Source of the DNA: Basidioascus undulatus
Taxonomy: Eukaryota
NCBI GenBank assembly: GCA_000826855.1
Contig: JTLS01000002.1
Coordinates: 53,061 to 73,060, forward strand
DNA: 20,000 bases
Reading direction: 5' to 3'
The notes below the pieces were generated by a model, which was not told the origin of the DNA, ran no database searches, and saw only the letters and a list, made by a program, of their open reading frames with translations. Position numbers and translations under genes: made by a program. This document shows positions 1 through 9,038 of this stretch, piece by piece; the first letter of the stretch is position 1, and each line of letters starts with the position of its first letter.

Positions 1-3000
1 GATGTCGCTTAGATGCATGGTCGACAAGGCGAACGACTGGATCGAGCGTGCGAGCTTCTTCCTGATCCGTAAGCAGCTTAAGCGCCGCGGCGGGGGGGCG
101 ACGACCGGCCGGCGCCGCGGGAGCGCTGTGCTCGAGGTCAAGGAGGAAGAAGAAGACGTGAAGGAGGAGGACCGCGCCCCGGAGCAGGTTTTTGCGCTCA
201 TCGCCGAGGTCGAGAAACTCCAGTTCGACGCGCCCGAGGTCGCCCAGATACGCCAGCTCGGCCAGCAGATCACCGACTACCGCACGCGCGCGAGCGCGGT
301 CCTCGCTCAGCCCGAACCGGCGCTCGAGACGTGCGAAGAGCTCGTCGTCATTGCGTCGACCATCAACGTCGAACTCGCCGAGGCGCAGCCGCTCGGGGAG
401 CTCACCGCACGCCTCCGCTGGCGCAAGCGCATCGCCGAGGCCGAGCTCGAGACGCTCTTCCTCCACGAGCTCAGCAAGCTTAGGACGGAGGGCGAAGACG
501 CAAGCATCGCGGCGGACGACCCGGCCATGGTTCAGCTCGAGCAGAAGCAGCGTATCGGCGAGGACTGGACCGCGAGGGCATCCGCAGCGCTCGAGCAGCC
601 AACCTGCAAGATCGAGGTCCTCGACGAGCTCCTTCAAAACTCCGACGTCGTCGACGCCGATCTCCTGCACAAGATCGAGACGCTCGTCACGCGCGCGCAC
701 GAGTGGGACGCGCAGTTGATCGCGCTCCTCCAGCGCGCGCAAGACGCGGAGAACCCAGACGCGAATGTCAAGCGGCCCACGCTCCTCGAGGTCCAGCGTC
801 TGCTCCGGAACATCAGAGGAAGCAACATCTCGTTCGACGCGGCCGACGAGCTTCGCGCGCAGATGGACATGCACAAGGCGTTTATCAAGGAGGCCGCGCA
901 GGTCTTCGGCCTTGACCAGCTGGGGCTCGAGGACATCAAGCTGGAGCGGCAGTTGACGATTTTGCTTGAGGACGTACGTGCTCTTGTTCGCTACGGTTTG
1001 GGCCATGGCTGTTGCTCACATGAGATGGAGACGCCCAACACAGACGCTCGCCAACATCCAGGCTAGGACGGCGCCGGACGACGATGTGCCCGCTCCGCCG
1101 GCGGCGCCTGCCGCGGTTATGTCGGCGCCTGTCCCGAACGGCAGCGTAAACGGGCGAGGCGCCGCTGTTCCTCCCGTGTCAGCCGCTGCGCCTCCCGCTC
1201 CGCCCGCGGCGCACACGTGCCTCTGCCGGTTGCCCGAGCACGGCACAATGTCTCTATGCATCGTCTGCGACGTCCGCTATCACTCGCCCTGCATCCAGAT
1301 CTACAATCGGACGATGAAGAAGGTAAGGCATTTGAACGCTTTTTGGCCTGCCATGACTGACGAACTGTGAGCCTCGCAGGGCAAGGATTTTGTCTGTCCC
1401 ATCTGCGACACGAAGAAGAAGCCGTTCGTTTACGAGCGCCCTCCGACGCTTGCGCGCCTCACCGAGCTCGTCGAAAACCCCGCGTACAAGTTCAAGTTCG
1501 TCTTCCCGCAGTACGAGTCGCTTCGCGCGATCGTGTCGTCGACGAAGCGCTTTGCGGACCTCCTCGCCGCCTTCTTCGCTCGGCCCGAGCAAGACCGTCG
1601 AGACGTGGAGCTCGTCAAGCACTACATGCGCAAGCTCGAGGGCTTCCACGTCGAGATCGCGCCGCCGGACGACCCGTCCTTTGTCTACGGCCCTCAGTTG
1701 CGCACGCTTCTGCATGGTCTCGTAGTGTCGACCGAGGGTGCGCAGCGGCGCAAATCCGGCGCGGGGTCGGTCCTAGCCGAGGAGGCGACGGCCGCCGTCG
1801 AGTCGCCCAGCGGCTCGCGCAAGCGCGCGCGCAAGCCGAAGGTCTACTTCGAGGAGGAGCCGCCCGCCCGAAGCGCGGCCGACCGCGAGCCGGACGTCAC
1901 GTACTGCCTCTGCCGCGGGAACCCGCCGTCACACCCGCAGGCGGACGACATGGCGATCGGCTGCGACCGCTGCTTCAACTGGTTCCACCTGCAGTGCGTC
2001 CACGTCCTCGACCACTTGCAGGAGCTGGACGGGAAACACTTCAGCGTGAGTAGCTTCCTTTAGTTGTCTGCTCACGCCCGAGCTAACTGCCTTTTTACTT
2101 TACAGTGTCCGTGCTGCGCGCTCAAGGCGAACAAGGAGTACAAGTACGCCGAGGTCCGAGTTCAAGACAAGGGTAAGCGGACTTACTCTTGGATGCCTTG
2201 AACGTCGGAGGCTTACGCCGGTTACCCTGCGCAGTCGACGTCGGCACCGATGTCTTCGTCGATCTCGATCAGACGATGAAGAAGCTAACCGAGCTCGTCA
2301 AGCGTTCGCTGCCACCGCCGGCCGATCCCAGCGACGTTATAAACCTGCAGATTCGCCGGTTCGTGCCGGGCGCTCCCGCGACGGTCGGCAAGGATGGCGC
2401 TGCTGCGTCTTGCGCCACCGCTCCCGCTGCGAAGAAGGTCAAGGACGAGCGTGGGGCGTCCGAGGCCTCGCTTCCACCGTCCGCGTCCTCGTTACAAACG
2501 CCTACCCCCGCGCTGGCCGGCCCGTCCGTGCGCGGCTCTACGGCACCGTATATGCCGTCCGTCTTCGCCCAGTCGGCCTCGCCGGCGCTGCCGCTTCTCG
2601 CTCCGAAGCCGGGCCCGCGCGACAACATCCCTCTGCCGGTGCACGATCGCCACGGCGCTCACCGCCACGCCTTCCCCAGTCCTCCGCCTGCCCCCTCGCA
2701 GACCTACACACCCGCAGTTGCCTCGGCAACGTCGACGCCGAGCTCGTCAGTGGCTAGCACGCCGGCTCCACCGCCGCGTCTGCCAGGACCGTCGAAGCGC
2801 CCCTCAACGGGCGACTACGACGCTCCCACGTCGCCGAAGCGGACACGGCACGACGGCGAAAGCGGGAATGGCTCAAGCTCGCCGGTGGGCAGTCACGAGC
2901 AGGTTCGTCAGACACTCAGGTCTATCTTGCCCAATCTCTCGGTCGACGATGTACGTGTTTGTCGCCGACTCGTGTGGCGCCGAATGTCTGCTGACGAATT

Positions 3001-3372
3001 CCTCGCTAGGTTGAGCGTCTCATCGCTACCAGCCAGCAGCTGCCGGCGCCCGCGATCCTCAGCGCCCCGGTTCTTCCTGGAGCTGCGCCGCTCACGGACG
3101 GCTTCATGCGCCACGACAGCCCCTCGTCCTTCAACTCTTCCTTCCCAACCCTTCCTCCCTACCTGAATCACCCCGCTTCCGCCTTCCCTTCGACTTCCTC
3201 TCCAATGAGCCCCTCTGCGCTGCCGACCACTCTCCCAACTCTCCCGCCGATGCACGTCCTGGAGCGCAATTTCGCGCCTCCGTACTCTTCAATACCTCCA
3301 CTGGACGACGCACCGTCAACAGGCGTTCCCGCTCCGCTCTTCCCACCGCCGTTCGGTGAAGAGCGCCGTTGA
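1..3372 (+). CDS. KDM5/JARID1 (Lid2-like) H3K4 histone demethylase, C-terminal portion (5' end lies outside the window): PLU-1-like helical region, two PHD fingers, Pro/Ser-rich tail
   Basis: Hand-spliced exons <1-973, 1044-1322, 1380-2045, 2106-2172, 2235-2950, 3010-3372 (TGA). All five introns are GT..AG, 57-70 nt, with branch motifs (gctcac, actgac, gctaac, gcttac, gctgac), and frame is preserved at every junction. The protein has the PLU-1-like segment 'VDKANDWIERASFFLIRKQ...VEKLQFDAPEVAQI' followed by two C4HC3 fingers: CLCRLPEHGTMSLCIVCDVRYHSPC...DFVCPIC and YCLCRG...MAIGCDRCFNWFHLQC...FSCPCC. The JmjC domain is not in the window, so the family call is inferred from domain order. Confidence 0.85.
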
Positions 3373-4192
3373 GCATTCGGCAGCTGGTCTCCTTCCGCGC
3401 TTTCTCCTGTTCCACCCGTTAGTGTCCTGTGCCGCATCGCCTTTCCATTGCTTCTTGCATTGTCTCATCGCTCTGTTTCCTCGCACCTTGTTGTATTGTA
3501 CTCTTTGTCTTTCCTTTGTTTTAGTCGCCGTTTTGCCCGTCTCTTATGCGTCCGCTGTTCGTCTTTGGAGCTCATATACAGGCATGACCACTATATCTGG
3601 ACTTGTGCCGGTTGGCTTGCGTTTGTAAGCCTGCAGACCGACTGTGAGTAAGAGCTAAGAACGCCTGCTGCGGCCGCTTGGTGGCTGCCATGCCATCTCA
3701 ACCCGCCGTGCCAGCCGTCCAAACCGCACACACACAACGCACATTCACGCGATGAGCCCTGGTGGCTGAGTTGCGAAATCTACAAAAACAATAGAATTGG
3801 TCGCTAAGGCAACTCAGTCAAACGAAGACCAGAAGTTGTTGAAAGGCGGAAATTGCGGAACGTGAGGCGGAACACGCAGAACAGGTGTATCTGGCCGGCA
3901 CGGACCGCTGTCGGCGAACTATCCACGCATCGTCGACCCGCTGGGCACGCCGTGTGTCCGTGGTCCACCCGAGCTCGTTGCTCGCTGCCTCGGAGGTCGT
4001 GCGCTCGCTATGCCACACCTTACCAATGCCGTCCCCATTGCACGCTGCAATGCTCCTCGCCGTGAGAGGTTGAGGCCGTCGCCCATGAGAAGGGTTATCG
4101 TTCCTATGAAAGGAGGAACCTGACCGAAAGTGCCGGGTTACCTCTCCCCATCATTTTCTTAAATCATGCATCAGTCCTTTTTATTGTAACAA

Positions 4193-5449
4193 TCACCTTA
4201 TGCATTCCCATGTTCCTTTAACGAGCCGGAAGACTTGGGAACAGGGCCATGTGTCCGGAGCGAAGGAAACGCTTGCTTGTGCGACGCGAGAGGCGTCTGA
4301 GGGAGAGGGTTCAAGGCCGCACCGTGCTAAATTACTGAGACAATGGACTCTGCCAAATTTGACACTCATGTCAGGTGCTAGCTGCCGACCTGAGGACTCC
4401 TTACGCTGGAATCTTCATAGCAGTTCTGAGCAGGTCTGTGTCCAGACAGTAGCAACGAAGCGGGCAATGCGCTCCAGATCGGGCTTGAACATCATGGATA
4501 CGCGGCGCCGCGAACAAGTTCTTTCAGCTTCCGACGTGACTACTGGAGTTGAAGGAAAATAACGGGATTGTGTAACAATGACCCTGACTTGAGGCAGTGT
4601 CGAGGCTCCAGGTGCAGTGGATGAAAAGTGTGGGACCCCTGGCTAGTCAGCGTCCCGTTTGCGCGTAGTTGGAGTTCAGCAGGTGCGACCAGCCTGGCAC
4701 CGGGCATCGATTCAAAGATTAGTCGTTCTGAACATCTTCCATTATGCTTCTAACAGGAAGATGTGACACAGTCGGTATAAGCACGTGGTGTCGCGCAGTA
4801 GCGGATTTCAACAGTTGAAACGTTGCAGACCTCCGTCGCTCCCATTCGTTCCAGCACAGCTCAGCCTTAACTTGATAATTACTCATGTAAACTTTTGCTA
4901 TCCGAATTTTCACTGCTCCCAAGCCGTGTCGGCGCCGAAGTGATATACGCAGACTGCAAGATAGCGTGCTGCACGGTGACAGGAAGACTCGGCACTGGAA
5001 CAAGCCGCAATTATCTCTGGCTAAGGGGAACCGAGGGTCTGCTACCGGTACGCATTCCTCGACGTTTGAGAAGGTTGCATGCTCGAGATATATTTTCCTC
5101 CCTCCTGCCTCTTGTTGTCTTACTATTGTTACCGGTATTCAAACATGGGCCTGCATTGGTCGATACTTCTCGTTCACAGGCGGACTATGGCAAGGGACGC
5201 CCCAGAAGTCGGAAGGCCTTCAGCAGCCGCTTCGAGGTTAGAATATTTAGAATACTGCCAAGCAAGCGACAGAGAGCATAGGTCCGTGTAACGTACAACT
5301 TTGAAGGCCATCCGCAGTGGGCCGCCTACGGTCGTTGCGGTTGAGCTCGAGGCGCTTGCGGTCGTTGTCGCTGTTGGGGCGGCGGAACATGACCTTGTCG
5401 CCCTGCATCTCACAGTTGGAGAATCCTGCGACTTAGGTCCTCGCGGCCC
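4193..5449 (-). pseudogene. Possible decayed minus-strand gene remnant, product unknown
   Basis: An exon-like block at 5449-5297 has splice signals and strong third-position C/G bias. A ~120-codon frame ends ...QVFRLVKGTWECIR* (TGA 4195-4193), has one internal stop (4417-4415), and is followed by AATAAA (4185-4180). No family was recognised. Confidence 0.25.
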
Positions 5450-6012
5450 CTGTGGGGGCAGTCAGGCGTTATCAGCAAGCGCATCCACCCTACTGAACTA
5501 GCATGGCCTGTTCGAGCAACCCACTGGAAGTTGCGGGCGTCGGAAAGGGTGCCTGTGGAGCTTATCATACTCAGCACAATAAAACAGGAGGATAGGCCGA
5601 GAACACGAATAATACGCACCCTCGCCGAAGTCGCGTGCCTCGTAGTTGCAGCGCAAAGAGCACGCTACTGGTGGCGGTTCGGCTCCGGATGAAGATTACC
5701 GCTTTCGCACTGCTTATTTGCGCTTTCCCGCAGTTTCATACGAGCATGCAAACTTATCTGGTGCGATAGTCCGCTTCCACACAGAAGAGTCGAACTAGTC
5801 ATATGTTAAGAAAGGATTTTGTGAGACTTCGATGTGAGCATAGTCAGTAGTGGTTAGACCGGACAAGGTGCCCTCATGTAAAGCGCGTGCTGGGCTGTCA
5901 GACGCTCGTGAGGTGTATGGCGGAACTTCAAAAAGATAATAAAAAATAAAAAATTACGTCTCCTCTCAGACTTCCTTCCAGAAGAATCATCGGGCATGTA
6001 AGCCGTCGCTTT

Positions 6013-6041
6013 TAAGTCGTGGGCATATAAGTCGTGGCATA
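6013..6041. repeat. Short imperfect tandem duplication in the 3' UTR of the AAA ATPase gene
   Basis: taagtcgtgggcata immediately followed by taagtcgtggcata. Confidence 0.6.
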
Positions 6042-6055
6042 AATTGGCAGCCATG

Positions 6056-8570
6056 TCACGCCGCCTTCTCTCCCTCAACATCCTTGGGACCCGATGCCTT
6101 TCGTTGCACTTCCTCCGCCTCACGATCGAGCGTCTCGAGCACCATCCTAATCGACCATGCCATGACCGGTGTCATAGGGAACAGCTCAGGCTCCTTCCCT
6201 GATTTCCACCCCGCGCGAATCCGCCCGTCTACCCCTTCACCGCGGCCATGACGACCGTCGACCCCCGCACCAAGGATCTCGAGGTCGCCCTCGCCGAGAA
6301 TGCTGCCCCAGCTACGCGTGCCGTGCATGCTGTAAGCCTGAGAGGGCCTGAAATCCAAGCCCTACGGGAGCGGCCTACCGAACTTCAGCTACTCTTGCCC
6401 TCAACAGGCCATCTACAGCTTCCGCGCCGAACGCCCGCCGCGCCGGGTAGAAAGCGAGCCCTTCCTGGTCGGCATGCGCGCTAAGCAGAGCTCGCAGGAG
6501 AGGAAGCGTGTTGGGCGGCGGAGATGGCAAGGGATGCGGCGGAAAGAGGTGGTTCGAGAGGAGAATGAAGGCTTGTGTAGGGTGCGCGGAGGATGTTACT
6601 GTCATCCGCATCAAGGACGGGACGACGTCAGTTTGGGTTGAATGCAAAGGAAGAATACCTGTCGAAAGTCGTATTGGTACGAAGCACGTACCGGGAGTCC
6701 CTTCTTCCACCCATTCTTTGACAAACTCTGTTGTGCAGGAACCGTTTCTGTAAGTCGTCACTGGAGCGGAAGGGCGAAAAAGAAATGCAACACGCACCCT
6801 CCCAGTGCACGAGCTTGCCCCCAATCACTTCATAGATCGCGTCAAACTCGTCGCGCAGATGAGCATGCAGATGCGCTGGCACGGAAGGCAGCAGCGCCGT
6901 CTCGAGGTACCGATGCGCGAGAGACTTTGTCGGGTCCGTCAGATGGCAAAAGGTGCAATGTTGAGCGACGTTGTCTGGCACGCCATACAGTCCCATGTTT
7001 CAGCCTCAATCGGGAGGGTGCGGGGAACATAATCAGACCGACGTTGAATGAGCGTGTCCCTATCAAGATACATGAAGCGACTTTAGGCGGGCTTCGACTT
7101 TCGGGTCGATCAGAGGGGAGGGCGCACATGTAGAACGAGTCAGACGTCGCTTGAATGATGTGCGCCAGACGCTCCTGCTTCGTGAGCACCACGAAGGCAT
7201 CCAACACCGTCTTCATGAGCTCCGGCGATTCAGATATCAGGACCGGGAACTGAGCTTGCTCCGTCAGTGCCATTGTGCGGGTGTGATGCAGTAAAGATCA
7301 GAAACGCACTCGGTGGGCTTCGTCGAAGAGGATGACTGGGATCTATCATGGAGACGTTAGTTGCAGTATGCGATGTGAAGATTTCCGCGCTCACCAACCT
7401 TCTTCGGAACACGCTGGCCCGTAGGCACACGCTCCGCTGGCTCCATCAGCTTCTGGTCGGGCCCCGCTGGATCCTCGTCCTCGTCGAGCGCCTTGTTCAC
7501 TTCGACGTTCTCCTTCGCAGGCTCCCAGTTCCAGTACCTGAGCAGCGCATTCTACATCCCGTTCTGGCGGGCGTGAGCCTGCGGTTTCCGCAAGGGCAGC
7601 AGGACGAGATGGCGCACCTGCACAAGCTCAAACAGCCTGCTCAAATCGCGCGCGCCGATTTGCTTGGCCTCGTCGGGAAGCCCCTCGCCGGTGAGGCGCC
7701 GCTCCACGTCCAGCCGCGCGTGTTTGATTCCTAGAGAGAGCGATTCCGCCTCGTCGAGGTACCCGTCGAGCTCCTTTCCGAGCTGGAGGAAGAAAGACTC
7801 GAACAGCTGGGAGAGGGCGACTGGGAGTATAGGAGGGGCGTGAGTTTGGTGAGCGATTCTGAGAGTTCATGATCGATGACGGATGGCTCGCACAGTACAG
7901 GGAGGGCGCATCGGCGAAGCCGGCTATGCGGAAGTCGCTGAATGAAAGGGAGTCTCAGCTCATAGTCTTCAGCTCGTGTATGTAGAGAAACGCACATGGG
8001 TAGCACGAGATATCTTGGGCTTGTCAAGATCTGCCTGAGCATGCTCGTCTTCCCCGTGCTGTGGGCAACACGTCAAAGATAAGCTCCCGTTCCTTCCTCT
8101 GGGATTTCAAGCAAGCGATGCACCTGCTCGCGCCAAACAGGACAGTGAACGTCGCCTGCCCCTCGAGCACGCGCTTGATCCGGTCCTCCTCGACCTTGCG
8201 TTCAAAGTACCCGGGCGCACGCACGAACGTCCGCACGGGCGGGAGACGCTGGCGCTCCTTCTCCTCGGCCATCTCCGCGCGGACCTTCTCAAGCTCGCGC
8301 CGCGCCTCGGTCAGCTGGGAGAGCGTCTGGGCGGGGTTGAGGGCGGCATCTTTATGGGCCAAGTGGAAAGAAAATACGACGTGATGTTAGGGGTCTGGAG
8401 CTGTCTGGGGCTGAGGAGGGCAAGGGATGGGACGTGCTGACGAGGTCGCCCATGCCGAAGAACGAGCGGAGTGGGGGGAGCGAGGGAGGCGAAATGGCCG
8501 GACGAGGCAGGGTCTGACGATGGCGACTCAGGGTGTTCGAGCGCAGGCGGACGCGACGGACGAGGAGCAT
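6056..8570 (-). CDS. Uncharacterised fungal P-loop AAA-type ATPase (~560 aa) with predicted mitochondrial targeting peptide
   Basis: 13 exons: 8570-8438, 8349-8124, 8058-7996, 7937-7894, 7820-7618, 7551-7399, 7342-7310, 7249-7128, 7059-7043, 6974-6798, 6727-6692, 6598-6379, 6311-6056. Total 1683 nt, stop-free until the terminal TGA. Splicing reconstitutes Walker A (TVLFGASSTGKT), 'DFRIAGFAD', Walker B (IPVILFDEAH), 'VLTKQERLAHIIQATSD' and 'GGKLVHW'. From memory, these motifs match a conserved basidiomycete AAA family of unknown function. The N-terminus is Arg-rich and lacks acidic residues. Confidence 0.88.
8350..8437 (-). other. GC-AG intron 1 of the AAA ATPase gene
   Basis: A|GCACGT donor, ctaac branch site, AAG acceptor. 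Gives FFGMGDLVNAALNPAQT, whereas the nearby GTCAGC donor would shift the frame. Confidence 0.68.
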
Positions 8571-8800
8571 CGTCGCGATCGATGGATTATCGACGTCGAC
8601 ACGATTCGACGCGTTTGAGCGATAAGCGAGGGTTTGTTCAGCCACCAAGCGAGGCAAGAGATGAGTTAGGTATTATGTGGAATGTGAAATATAGGTCAGA
8701 TTCGAGGTGTACGATGATGACGGGCTGCGATATGGTGGACGAAGGAAGGGGAGGAGGGGAGGGGCAGCCAAGGTTGGGAACCAGGCGTCGATGCCGTCAC

Positions 8801-8812
8801 GACGCGACGCGT
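8801..8812. promoter_or_regulatory. ACGCG/ACGCGT (MCB-like) motifs upstream of the AAA ATPase start
   Basis: gacgcgacgcgt lies ~235 nt upstream of ATG 8570, and a second acgcgt is at 8608-8613. Any function is inferred only. Confidence 0.25.
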
Positions 8813-9038
8813 GCGCGGTGGCTGGCACCGCGAAGACTCCGAGGTGACCATGATATTTTTTGCATGGCAGACATGGTACTCTCGTAAAAAAGTTTCGGGA
8901 GATTATTGAGGGAAAATATCTTCAGGTTTTACGAAAGTCGAACCTGGACGTGACAAAGCGCGCTCGCGGTCGGGTTTTTCTCGTTCTCTCAAGTCCATAC
9001 ACCTTCAAACCTCCATATCTTCTCCCAATCCACGCCCA

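Noticed and set aside
192..3014. Long alternative-frame and antisense ORFs over the KDM5-like gene (e.g. 192-719, 1367-2053, 2394-3014)
   Set aside because: Ser/Arg/Pro-rich shadow frames expected from high GC and strong codon bias, with no independent coding signal.
4113..4144. Imperfect hairpin GAGG-AACCTG...GAAA...CGGGTT-A-CCTC
   Set aside because: Short and bulged. It does not match group II intron domain V, lacks a Helitron CTRR end, and has no ncRNA context.
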